Origin: Squalus acanthias
Lineage: Eukaryota
NCBI GenBank assembly: GCA_030390025.1
Contig: CM059441.1
Location: 53,196,001-53,260,000 of the forward strand
DNA length: 64,000 nucleotides
Direction: 5' to 3'
Shown: piece by piece, positions 10,623 through 22,485 of the stretch
How positions within the stretch are numbered: position 1 is the first letter of the stretch
Layout of the letters: every line of letters begins with the position of its first letter
Program-made: the position numbers and the translations under genes
The notes under the pieces: model-generated
What the model saw: only the letters and a program-made list of their open reading frames with translations
Databases searched by the model: none
Told to the model about the DNA's origin: nothing

Positions 10623-10811
10623 AGTCGCAGTTTCTTTTATCTCGGTTGTTCGGTCACTTTGCTGGAACAGGTTGTGGGCCGTCAACGAGGGGAATGCAAA
10701 AAAAGTTTCCAAAACATCACTCTCGGCAAATGCATCAGGAACAGTCCTTCCCTTCTTGAGACACCCTAGGGTCAAGATTGACCAGAAGATGAAATAATCA
10801 TACACAGGTTA

Positions 10812-11277
10812 ATGGGCTTTATAAATAGAGGCACAGAGTACAAAAGCAAGGAAGTCATGCTAAACCCTTTGTATATCACTGGTTAGGCCCCAGCTGGAAT
10901 ATTGTGTCCAATTCTGGGCACCACACACTTTAGGAAGGATGCCAAGGCCTAAGAGAGGTGCAGAGGAGATTTACCAGAACGGTTCCAGCGAAGAGGGACT
11001 TCAGTTATGCGGAGAGACTCAGAGAAACTGGGATTGTTCTTCTTAGAGCAGAGAAGTTTAAAGGGAGATTTAATAGAGGTGTTCAAAATGATGGAGGGTG
11101 TTGATAGAGTAAATAAGGAGAAATTGTTTCCACTGGCATAGGGTCGGTCGGTAACCAGAGGACACAGATTTAAGGTCATTGGCAAAGGAACCAGGAGGAG
11201 AATTATTTTTCTGTGGCGAGTTGTTGTGATCTGGAATGCACTGCCCGAAAGGGTGTTGGAAGCAGATTCAATAGTAA
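10812..11277 (+). mobile_element. Degenerate CR1 ORF2 3' fragment
   Basis: ctggaatattgtgtccaattctgggcacca (LEYCVQFWAP) and ctgggattgttcttcttagagcagagaag; frameshifted. Confidence 0.88.
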
Positions 11278-11299
11278 TCTACCTTGGGTTCACTCTTTT

Positions 11300-11762
11300 C
11301 TTAACTTATTCTCGGGATGTGGGCATCGCTGGCAAGGCCGACATTTATTGCCCATCCCTAATTGCCCTTGAGATGGTGGTGGTGGGCCTTCTTCTTGAAC
11401 CGCTGCAGTCCGTGTGGTGATGATGCTCCCACAGTGCTGATAGATCGAGAGTTTCGGGACTTTGACCCAGCAACGATGAAGGAATGGACGATATATCTCC
11501 AAGTCGGGATGGTGTTTGCGACTCAGAGGGCAACTTGGAGATGATGGTGTTCCCACGCACCTGCTGCCCTTGTCTTTCAAGATTGGATGAGGTTGAGGAA
11601 TATTTCTGAAGCAGAATAGTAAGAACTTTAGTCCCTACCTGGCACTTTTCTCCCGATCTGACCACTTGCCTTTAAGTGATTTCAAGGTGCACTGGGAGGC
11701 AGATGTTCGGAGATTCCACCAGAGACAATGAGACTCACTGGTTGGAGGCAATGGTCTAAAAC
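11300..11762 (-). mobile_element. Composite SINE-like element: unique ~170-bp head plus family B LINE 3' tail (copy 1)
   Basis: Head (ccaaccagtgag...gtctctggtggaa...catctgcctcccagtgcac...gcaagtggtcagatcgggag...cttactattctgcttc) and its junction to gacaagggcagcagg are shared with 56530-56972. Confidence 0.75.
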
Positions 11763-11817
11763 TGCAAACTTTGAGTTCCTTCCATATTTCTGGCATTTGG
11801 TTGAACTTCAGTTGCCT

Positions 11818-12191
11818 CACAGGAACAGGAAGAGGCCCAATCAGCCGCTCGAGCCTGTTACCATAGCAACAAGAGGAGGCCATTCAGACCCTGGAAACTG
11901 TCAAAAGGAACAGGAAAAGGCCATTCAGCCCCTCGAGCCTGTTACATAGGAACAGGGTGAGGCCATTCATCCCCTTGAGCTTGTTACATAGGAAAAGGAG
12001 TAGGCCATTCAGCCCCTCGAGACTGTTGCATAGAAAAAGGAGGAGGCCATTCAGCCACTTGAGCCTGTTACACTGGAACAGGAGGAGGCCATTCAGATCC
12101 TTGAGCCTGTGACATAGGAACAGGAGGAGGCCATTCAGATCCTCGAGACTGTTAATAGTGACAGGAGGTGGCCATTCAGCCCCTCGAGCTG
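11818..12191 (-). repeat. Inverted block of ~9 satellite monomers
   Basis: Repeats of aggaacaggaggaggccattcagcccctcgagcctgttacat, the reverse complement of the main array monomer. Confidence 0.95.
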
Positions 12192-14293
12192 TTTTTTTTA
12201 TTCGTTCATGGGATGTGGGCATTGCTGGCAAGGTCAGCATTTATTGCCGATCCCAAGCTGCCCTTGAGAAGGTGGTGGTGAGCATCCTTCTTGAACCGCT
12301 GCAGTCCATGTGGTGAAGGTACGACCACATTTCTGTTGGGGAGGGATTTCCAGGATTTTAACCCAGCGGTGAAGGAACGGTGATATATTTCCAAGTCAGG
12401 ATGGTGTATGCCTTGGAGGGGAACTTGGAGGTGGTGGTGTTCCCATGCGCCTGTTGCTCTTGTCCTTCTAGGACGAAGAGGTCGCGGGTTTGGGAGGTGC
12501 TGCCGAAGAAGCCTTGGCGAGTTGCTGCAGTGCATCTTGTAGATGGTACACACTGCAGCCACAGTGCGCCGATGGTGGAGTGAGTGAATGATTAAGGTGG
12601 TAGATGGGGTGCAAATCAAGCAGGCCGCTTTGTCCTGGATGATGTCGAGCTTCTTGAGAGTTGTTGGAGCTAAACACATCCAGGCAAGTGGCGAGTATTC
12701 CATCACACTCCTGACTTGTGTCTTGTAGATGGTGGAAAAGGTTTTGGGGAGTCAGGAGGTGAGACACTCGCCACAGAATACCCAGCCTCTGACCTGCTCT
12801 TGTTACCACAGTATTAATGTGGCTGGTCCAGTTAATTTTCTGCTCAATGTTGCCCCCCCCCACCCCCACGAAATTGATGGTGGGGGATTCGGCGATGTTG
12901 AATGTCAATGGGCGGTGTTTAGACACTTGCTTGTTGGAGATAGTCATTGCCTGGCACTTGTGTGGCACGAATGTTACCTGCCACTTATCAGCCCAAGCCT
13001 GAATGTCATCCAGGTCTTGCTGCATGTGGGCATGGACTGCTTCATTATCTGAGGAGTTGCGAATGGCGCTGAACACTGTGCAGTCATCAGCGAACATTCC
13101 CACTTCTGACCTTATGCTGGAGGGAAGGTCATTGATGAAGCAGCTGATAATGTTTGGGCCTAGGACACTGCCCTGAGGAAGTCCTGCAGCGATGTCCTGG
13201 GGCTGTGATGATTGGCCTCCAACCAACAGAACCATCTTCCTTTGTGCTAGGTGTGACTCCAGCCAGTGGAGAGTTTTCCCCCAGATTCTCATTGACTTCA
13301 GTTTTACAAGGGCTCTTGATGCCACACTCGGTCAAATGCTGCCTTGATGTCAAGGGCATTCACTCTCACCTCACCTCTGGAATTCATCTCTTTTCTCCAT
13401 GTTTGGACTAGGTCTGTAATGAGGTCTGGAGCCGACTGGTCCTAGCGGAACCCAAACTGGCCATCAGTGAGCAGGTTATTGGTGAGTAAGTGCTGCTTGT
13501 TATCACTGTCGATGACACGTTCCATCACTTTGCTGATGATTGAGAGTAGACTGATGGGGCAGTAATTGGCTGGATTGGATTTGTCCTGTTTTTTGTTCAC
13601 AGGACATACCTGGGCAGTTTTTCACATTGTCGGATAGATGCCAGTGTTATAGCTGTACTGGAACAGCTTGGCTAGAGGCGGAGCTAGTTCTCCAGCACAA
13701 GTCTTTAGCACGACAGCCGGGATGTTGTCGGGTCCCACAGCCTTTGCTGTATCCATTGCGCTCAGCCGCTTCTTGACATCACATGGAGTGAATTGAATTG
13801 TCTGAAGACTGGCTTGTGTGGTGGTGGGGACATCGGGAGGAGACCGTTATAAATCATCCACTTGGCACTTCTAGCTGAAGATGGTTGCAAACGCTTCAGC
13901 TTTGTCTTTTGCACTCACGTGCTGGGCTCCACCATCATTGATGATGGGGATATTCATGGAGCCTCCCCCTCCTGTTAGTTGTTTAATGGTCCACCACCAT
14001 TCATGACTGGATGTGGCAGGACTGCAGAGATTTGATCTGGTCCGTTGATTGTGAGATCGCTTAGCCCTGTCTATAACATGCTGCTTCTGCGTTTAGCATG
14101 CATGTAGTCCTGTGTTGCAGCTTCCCCAGGTTGGCACTGCATTTTAATGTTTGCCTGGTGCTACTCCTCGCATACTCTTCTACACTCCTTATTGAACCAG
14201 GGTTGGTCCCCTGGCTTGATAGTAATGGTAGAGTGAGGGATATGCCGGGCCATGAGGTTACAGATTGTGGTGGAATACAATTCTGCTGCTGAT
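12192..14293 (-). mobile_element. Family B LINE, 5'-truncated and degenerate
   Basis: Colinear with 1051-3160; poly-T at 12192; ORF pieces 12468-13325 (PQGSVLGP, FADD) and 12206-12706. Confidence 0.93.
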
Positions 14294-14349
14294 AAATACT
14301 TATAGAGACACAGTATATGTAATAAGATTAATACAAAAGAAAAATAAGA

Positions 14350-15062
14350 TGTATCATCTGCGCTTTCACCTCCTCCCTTCCCACCATCTGGGGCCCCAAA
14401 CACTCCTCCCAGGTGAAACAGAGATTTACTTGTACTTCTTTCAATTTAGTATACTGTATTCACTGCTCACAATGCGGACTCCTCTACATTGGGGAGACAA
14501 ACCCAGATTGAGTGATCAGATTGCTGAACACCTCCGTTCAGTCCGCAAGCGTGACCCTGAGCTTCTGGTTGCTTACCATTTTAATTCTCCGTCCCACTCC
14601 CACTCTGACCTCTCTGTCCTCGGCCTCCTCCACTGTTCCAATGAAGCTCAACAGAAGTTCGAGGAACAGCACCTCATCTTTCGATTCAGCACTTTACAAC
14701 CTTCTGAACTCAAGATTGAGTTCAACAATTTCAGATCATAATCACTGCTCCCATTTATTCAGACAGCAGGTGCTGGTAATGGCTCTGCTGTTGCCATTTA
14801 TTGCTCCTCTAGACTCATCTTTTGTTGCCTTGCACCATCATCCCTTTTGTCATTTAATCATTCCTGCCTTCCACCCTATCACAGACCTTCCCTTTTGTTC
14901 TTTCCTCCCCTCCCCTTTCACTAACTCTGTACCTCCTTAAAACTGTCTCACTTTCTTCCAGTTCTGATGAAAGGTCATCGACCTGAAACATTAACACTGT
15001 TTCTCTCTCCACAGATGCTGCCTGACCTGCTGAGTATTTCCAGCATTTTCTGGTTTTATATT
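14350..15062 (+). mobile_element. 3' fragment of a Penelope-like element (GIY-YIG remnant plus 3' UTR)
   Basis: AEHLRSVRKRDPELLVAYHFNSPSHSHSDL...IEFNNFRS, homologous to 8100-8855. Confidence 0.92.
14960..14995 (+). ncRNA. Degenerate minimal hammerhead motif of the second Penelope copy
   Basis: agtt-CTGATGA-a-aggtc(atc)gacct-GAAAC-AT-T-aac; the stem III palindrome is broken (ACAT instead of ACGT). Confidence 0.7.
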
Positions 15063-15074
15063 TAGTAACACATT

Positions 15075-16310
15075 GTCAGGGACTTCGACTGAGCAAATGA
15101 ACCGGTTTTCAGTGCTGAATACCGGTGAGGGTGACAACACCTGGAAGGAGTCCAGTCCAGATCACATGGACAGCACCAGGGGACAAATGACTCCATGGGG
15201 GGCACAGTGAAGTGCAGGAATGCAGTGGTTGTCGGTGATTTAATAGTCAGGGGACAGACAGGCGTTTCTGCAACGGTCAACGTGTGTCTCACATGGTCTG
15301 TGGACTCTCTGGCGCCAGGGTAAATGATGTCACTGAACGGGTGCAGAACATTCCATGGGGGGAAGGGGAGCAGCCAGAAGTCATGGAACATGTTGGAATG
15401 AGGGAAGAAAAGGGTTGAGGTCCTGCAGTCCGAGTCTCAGGAGCTAGGGAGGAAGTTAAAGAGCAGGACCTCAAAGGTGGAAATCTTTGGATTACTCCCA
15501 GTGCCACGTGCTAGTGAGGGTGGGAACAGTAAGATAAGGCAGTATGATGGTGGCTGGAGAAATTGTGCAGGAGAGACGGCTTCACATTCCTCGGGGATTG
15601 GGACCAGTTCCGGGGCAGGAGCGACCTGTACAAAATGGACGGGTTGCACCTCAATCAGGCTCGGACCAATGACTTTGCGCGGAGGTTAACGAGTGCTGTG
15701 AGTGAGGATTTAAACTACTTTGGTGGGGGAGGGGCACCGAGATGAAGCAATGGATAGGAGAGACAAGATTCACAGAGGACTGGGAGTGGCAAACAGCATT
15801 AGAATAATGAGTAGCTCTGAAATAGGAGGGACCAGAGAAGGGGAAATGAGAGGCAGACAAGTTGGGATTCGGAGTACATGTGCGTAAATACACAGAAGGT
15901 GGTCAATAAGGTTGGTGAGCTGCAGGCACAAATTACCACATGGGATTATGATATAGTGGCAATAACGGAAGCCTGGCTCAAACAAGGGCAGGATTGGGAT
16001 GTGGGCCAGATGGGATCCAGGTTACTGAGGGAAGTAAGCGGGGAAATTGGGGAAGCTCTGGTCACTAGCTTCCAACCCTCCTGAGAAATGGGGATGGTGC
16101 CAGAGGACTGGAGTAGAGTAAATGTTATAACCCTGTTCAAAAAAGTGGAGAGGGATAAACCCTGTTATTACAGACCAGGCAGCCTAACGTCGGTGGTGGG
16201 GGAACTTTTAAAGACAATAATCCGGGACAAACTTAATTGGATTTGGAAAAGTATGGGCTAATAAATGAAAGTCAGCAAGGATTAGTTCAAGCAAAATCGT
16301 GTTTGACTAA
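15075..16310 (+). mobile_element. Degenerate, internally deleted CR1 (ORF1 esterase, ORF2 endonuclease start, RT fragment)
   Basis: CRRDGFTFLGDWDQFRGRSDLYKMDGLHLN; NKVGELQAQITTWDYDIVAITEAWL; gtgccagaggactggag (VPEDW). Confidence 0.88.
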
Positions 16311-16744
16311 TTGCACTGGTCGGGCAGGAATCCTGCCTCTGTTGTTGATGTTGTTTTGTACATTACTAAGCCTGGGGCAGTGAGGTCGATTGTACCAACC
16401 AACTTCTAACCTGATCCAGGCTGAGAACTGAACCAAAGACTGTGCATTTTGGGAAACTTCCTGTCGGGCCAGGAATTACATTTATCAACTGGCGTAAAGA
16501 ATAACCCCGCTTCCGTTATGACTCGTTTTCTGCTTTACTATATACCTGATATTTCTGATGCTTTACTTTATGCAGTTTATTTATTTTCCCGGACTCCAGC
16601 ACACAGTCCTGTCATAGCTCAAATTATTCGATCCCAGCACTGGATGCAGCAACAAAGCTGGAAATTTCACCCCGAACGCCATCAAACTGTCACTTTTGCC
16701 CCAATCCGGACGTATAATTTCCCTGTTTGTTTCCTTCCTTACAG

Positions 16745-17315
16745 TTAACTTCATGTCGATTGTGATCCTATCTCGGGGAAGTGCAATCTCTCCAACTGTG
16801 TCATTCACTATCTGGTGTCCATGGCAACGGCGGATCTACTGGTTGTTATCACCGATCTGATATTGAGGCACATTCAGATTGCCGCCCTGCTTTTCACAGT
16901 CACAGACTGTTCTGTCCGGTCCACAGTCTCTTTAATCTTTGATCGATTTGTGGCCGTTTGTTTCCAGAAGCTGAAAACAAAATATTGCACCGAGCAAATG
17001 GCAATTGTGGTTCTGGGAGCAGTAACTGTGCTGTGCTGTTTAAAGAACATTTTCAGGAATGTTTTGTGTACAAATGAATACACGCTTTATAATAATCCCT
17101 GGGTTTGTTATGTAACAGACAAAGTTCAGTTTCACAGTGTGGGCAGCAGTCAAATTTCTTTGCCATGTTCCTTTGATTATTTCTGATTCTGCTCAATGCT
17201 TTAAACCTCAGACACATTTCAGTGCCCGCAGGAGATTCCGGGGCCACAGCAGTGGGGAGAGTCCCAGTGACCCAGAGATGGAGAGCCGCAGGAAATCCAT
17301 CGGTTTACTTGTCCT
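16745..17315 (+). pseudogene. GPR139-like class A GPCR pseudogene (remnant of the large coding exon)
   Basis: Acceptor ttccttccttacag at 16744, then NFMSIVILSRG, a frameshift, then CNLSNCVIHYLVSMATADLLVVITDLILR, TDCSV..TV...FDRFVAVCFQKLKTKYCTE and RRRFRGHSSGESPSDPEMESRRKSI; internal deletions; truncated by CR1. Confidence 0.85.
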
Positions 17316-17324
17316 ACTAACAGG

Positions 17325-19146
17325 ATATCAGAACATAAGAAATAGGAGCAGGAGTCGGCCATACGGCCCCTCGAGCCTGCTCCACCATTCAATAAGATCA
17401 TGGCTGATCATCGACCTCAACTCCACTTTCCCACCCGATTCCCATATCCCTTGATTCCCCTCGAGTCCAAAAATCTTTCTATCTCAGCCTTGAATATACT
17501 CAAAGACTCAGCATCCACAGCCCTCTGGGGCAGAGAATTCCAAAGATTCACAACCCTCTGAGTGAAGAACTTCCTCCTCATCTTGGTCTTAAATAGCCTA
17601 CCCCTTCTCCTGAGACTATGCCCCCGAGTTCTAGACTCTCCAGCCAGGGGAAACAACCTCTCAGCATCTACCCTGTCAATCCCCTTCCGAATCTTGCATG
17701 TTTCAATAAGATCATCTCCCATTCTTCTAATCTCCAGAGAGTATAGGCCCATTCCACACTATCTCTCATCATAGGACAGCCCTCTCATCCCAGGAATCAA
17801 TCTAGTGAACCTTCAATGCACCACCTCCAAGGCAAGTATATCCTTCCTTAGATAAGGAAACCAAAACTGTGCACAGTACTCCAGGTGTGATCTCACCAAG
17901 GCCCTGTACAATTGTAGCAAGACTTCCTTACTCTTATACTCCAACCCCCTTGCAATAATGCCCAAAATGTAATTTGCCTTCCCTATTGCTTGCTGTACAT
18001 ACATGCCAGCTTTCTGTGCTTCTTGAACGAGGAGACCCAAGTCTCTCTCAGCACCAACATTTAAAAGTTTCTCACCATTTAAAAAATAATCTGTTTTTTA
18101 TTCTTCCTACCAAAAAAACTCTAATGAATTTGTCAAACATGATTTATATTTCATAAAACCATGTTGAGTCTGCCTAATCATATGGGCTCTGAATCTGCGG
18201 TCGGTGGCTTCCCGCAATGAATTACCTCTGATCCGCAAATAAAATGCCCGCGTACCTGGTGGTCCGGGAGGTTTGGAGATTCACGGTCCTGGGCTTCTCC
18301 GGGTACCCGCGGGCAGAGGCTCACATGTCTCAGGGGCGCACGTGGTTTGCAAGCACCCCTGGGATCACGTGGGCCAGCCCAATGAATGAAAGAATGGGAT
18401 CCCATTCATAATTAAGGGGATTTTGTATGTATGGAAACCCCATAAGCATGAATGGGGATACTCCCAAAAATACATCTACACATCAAATAAATAGAAAATG
18501 CATATTTAAAATTAATTAAAATGGCATTTATTTAAATATTTAAAACAAAAATTTAATTTTCTGAAAAATAAATTAATAAATGGGCTAAAAATAAACTTAC
18601 CTTATTGCACAGCATTTTTAATGTATAAATGATTGATAAAAAACAATTTTTATGCTTTTTTAAACTCTTACGCTGGTAAAAGCAGGCCTGATACCTGCTT
18701 ATAACAGGCATAAGAATTGCATGGGCTTTTGCTGGGCAGAAGTTGGGCAAATAGCCCAACTCTCCGCCCGTGGATGCCCTTTTCCTGGGGATGTGCTGGA
18801 TCTGTCAGGAAAATTCTTGACAGATCTCAATTTCTGGGTTTATCGTGCATGCGCTTAACGCGCGAAAACCCGGAATTTGCGCGGCCCTGAAGGGCGCGTG
18901 CGCACCTCGTACGTGCCCGTAGGGGTCGCAAATTACGGCCCATTATGATTTTCTAAATACTCTGTTACCAAATCCGGAATAATGGATTCCTGCATTTTCC
19001 CGATGACTGATGTCAGGCTGACTGGCTTGTAGTTCCTGCTTTCCTCTCTCCTTCCTTTCTTGAATAGCAGGGTTACATTTGCTATCTTCCAATCCGCTGG
19101 GACCTTTCCTCAATCTAGGGAATTTTGGAAGATCACAACCAATGTA
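17325..19146 (-). mobile_element. Degenerate CR1 (3' tail plus ORF2 fragments) interrupted by a TIR element
   Basis: Tail gaacataagaaataggagcaggagt; ORFs 17417-17752 and 17813-18040 (HLEYCAQFW); CR1 sequence resumes at 18942. Confidence 0.9.
18184..18941. mobile_element. Non-autonomous DNA transposon (MITE-like, 758 bp) with imperfect TIRs and an apparent AT target duplication
   Basis: Left end gggctctgaatctgcgg, right end cgcaaattacggccc; flanked by AT on both sides; removing it restores CR1 atcatattatgattttc; GC-rich ends with an AT-rich core. Confidence 0.65.
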
Positions 19147-19417
19147 TCTGGAGTACTGTGCCCAGTTTTGATTCCCTCCAGCCCCCGCTCCGCCCCCACA
19201 TGGTGGGTGATGTAGTGGCCTTAGAACAGGTCCACAGCAGAGCTACGAGGAGAACATCAGCTACTGGAATAGTCTCAAGGGCCTTGGTCTATTCAGTCTA
19301 GAGCAGCGTAGACTCAGAGATGACCTGATAGATGTCTATGAAATAATTAGAAGGCTGGAGAGCATGCCTATTGATAGACTACCTCAGTTTAACAGATCGG
19401 AACGGACCAGGGGCGTT
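19147..19417 (+). mobile_element. Old CR1 ORF2 C-terminal fragment abutting the start of the main satellite array
   Basis: gagtactgtgcccagttt (EYCAQF) and LGLFSLEQRRLRDDLIDVYEII...RTRG. Confidence 0.75.
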
Positions 19418-22400
19418 TCGAGTGGCTGAATGGCCTCCTCCTGTTCCTATGTAACAGCCTTGAGGGGCTGAATGGCCTTTTCCTATTCCTAATCAACAGG
19501 CTCCAGTGGCTGAATGGCCTCCTCCTGTTCCTTTGTAATAGTTTTGAGGGGCTGAATGGCCTTCTCCTGTTCCTATGTAACAGCCTTGAGGGGCTGAATG
19601 ACCTCCTCCTGTTTCTATGCAGCAGGCTCGAGCAGCTGAATGTTGCAGCTCGTGTTCCCAAGTAACAGGCTCGAGGTTTTGAATGGCATCCACCTGATCC
19701 TATGTAACAGGCTCAAGTGGATGGAATGGGACTTCTCGTGTTCGTATGTAGCATCCTCGAGGGGCTGAATGGTCCTAATCCTGTTCCTATGTAACAGGCT
19801 TGAGAGGCTGAATAGCCTCCTCCTGTTCCTATGCAACATGCTCGAGGGGCTGAATAGCCTCCTCTTGTTCCTAAGTAGCAGGCTCAAGGGGCTGCTTGGC
19901 ATCCTTCAGTTCCTATGTAACAGGCTTGAGTGGCTGAAAGGCCTTCTCCTGATTTTTTCCAACAGGCTCGAGGGGCTGAATCATCTTGCACCTGTTCCTA
20001 TGCAACAGGCCTGAGGGGCAGAATGGCCTACTACTGTTCCTATGTAACAGGCTTCAGGGGCTAAATGGGCCTCCTCCTATTCATGTGCAACAGGCTCAAG
20101 TGGCTGAATGGTCTCTTCATGTTCCTATGTAACATGCTCGAGTGGCTGAATAGCCTCCTACTGTTCCTAAGTAGCAGGCTCAAGGGGTTCATTGGTATCC
20201 TTCAGTTCCTATGTAACAGGCTTGAGTGACTGAATGGCCTCCACCTGATCTTTTCTAACAGGCTCGAGGGGCTGAATCAGCTTGCACCTGTTCCTATGCA
20301 ACAGGCCTGAGGTGCTGAATGGCCTCCTCCTGCTCCTGTGTACTAGCCTCGTGTGGCTGAATGGCCGACTACTGTTCCTATGTAACAGGCTTGAGAGGCT
20401 AAATGGGCCTCCTCCTATTCGTGTGCAACAGGCTCGAGGGTTAGAATGGCCGAATCATGTTCCTAAGTAACAGGCTCGAGGTTCTGAATGGCCTTCTCCT
20501 GTTCCTATGTAAGAGGCTTGAGGGTTTGAATGGCCAAATCATGTTCCTATGTAACAGGCTCAAGGGGATGAATGGCCTCCTCCTGTTCCTAAGTAACAGG
20601 TTTGAGGGGCTGAAAGGGCCTCCTCGTGTTCATATGCAAGAGGCTCAAGGGGCTGAATGGCCTACTCCTGTTTCTATGTAACGGCTCGATGAGCTAAATG
20701 GCCTCCTCCTGTTCCCATGTAACAGGCTCGAGGTTCTGAAAGGCCTCCTCCATTTCTTATGCAACAGGCTCAAGTGGCTGAATAGCCTCCTCCATTCCTA
20801 TGTAACAGGCTTGAGGGGCTGAAAGGGCCTCCTCCTTTTCCTATGTAACAGGCTGAAGTGGCTGAATGGCCTCCTCCTGTTCCTATGGAACAGGCTTGAG
20901 GGGCTGAATGGTCTCCTCCTGTTCATATGCAACAGGCTTGAGGGGCTGAAAGCTCCTCCTCGTGTTCGTATGCAAGAGGCTCAAGGGGTTGAATGGCCTC
21001 ATCCTGTTTCTTTGGAATGGCTCGATGTACTAATTGGCCTCCTCCTGTTCCTATGTACAGGCTCGAGGTTCTGAATGGCCTCCTCCTGATCCTATGTAAC
21101 AGGCTCAAGTGGACGGAATGGGAATCCTTGTGTTCGTATGTAACATCCACGAGTGAACTGAATGGTCATACTCCTGTTCCTTTGTAACAGGCTCGAGGGG
21201 CTGAATGGCCTGCTCCTGTTCTTATGTAACAGGCTTGAGGGGCTGAATGGGCCACCTTCTCTTCTTCTGCATCAGGCTCGAGGGGCTGAATGGCCTCCTC
21301 ATGTTCCTATGTAACAGGCTCGAGGGGCTGAATGGCCTGCTCCTGTTCTAATGTAACAGGCTCGAGGGGCTGAATGGCCTCCTCTTTTTCCCATGTAACA
21401 GCTTCGAGGGGCAGAATGGCCTGTTCCTGTTCATATGTACCAGGATCAAGGGGTTAATCCTCCTGTTCCTATGTAGTCGGCTCGATTGGCTGAATGTGGC
21501 ACCTCCTGTTCCCATGAAACAACCTTGAGTATCTGAATGGCTTCCTCCTGATCCTATGTAGCGGGCTCAAGTGGACAGAATGGGAATCCTCATGTTCGTA
21601 TGTTACATCCTCGAGGGAGCTGAATGGACCTCCTTCTGTTCTTCTGCATCAGGCTCGAATGGTTGAATCGCCTCCTCTTTTTCCCATGTAACAGCCTCGA
21701 GGGGCAGAATGGCCTGTTCCTGTTCATATGTATCAGGTTAAGGGGATAAATGGCCTCCTCCTGTTTCAATGCAACAGGCTCTAGGGGCTGAATGAGCCTT
21801 CTCCTGTTCCAATGTAAAAGTCTCAAGTGGGCTGAATGGTCTCCTCCTGTTTCTATGTAACCGACTCAAGGGGCTGACTGGCCCTACTCCTGCTCCTATG
21901 CAACCAGCTCGAGTGACTGAACAACTGCCTCCTGTTACTAAGTTACAGACTCGAGTAGCTGAATGGTCCTGCTCCAGTTCCTATGTAACAGTATCGAGGG
22001 GCTGAATGGCCTCCTCCTTTTCCTATGTAACAGGCTCAATGGGATAATTGGCCTTAACCTATTCCTATGCCAAAGGCTTTAGGGGCTTAATGGACTACTC
22101 CTGTTCCTGTGTAACAGGCTCGAGAGGCTGAATTGCCTCCTATTATTCCTATGTAACAGGCTCGAGATGCTTATTGGGCCTACTCCTGTTCCTATACAAC
22201 AGGCTCGAGATGCTTATTGGGCCTACTCCTGTTCCTATACTACTGGCTCGAGAGGCTAAATGTCCTCCTCCTTTTGCTATGTAACATGCTCGAGGGGCTG
22301 AATAGCCTCCTCCTGCTCCAAAGTAGCAGGCTCAAGGGGCTAATCAGCATCCTTCAGTTCCTATGTAACAGGCTTCAGGGGCTGAATGGGCCTCCTCCTG

Positions 22401-22485
22401 TTCGTATGCAACAGGCTCCAGCGGCTGAATGGGCCTCCTCCTGTTCCTATGCTACTTGCTCGAGGGGCTGAATGGCCTCCTCCTG

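Noticed and set aside
10431-10769. Rearranging Ig/TCR/NAR V gene segment
   Set aside because: No first Cys/Trp half of the domain, no leader and no RSS after YYC; kept only as a V-set fragment.
19418-19500. Hammerhead ribozyme within the satellite monomer (as in newt satellite 2)
   Set aside because: The monomer has ctgaatg rather than CUGANGA, and has no conserved GAAA.
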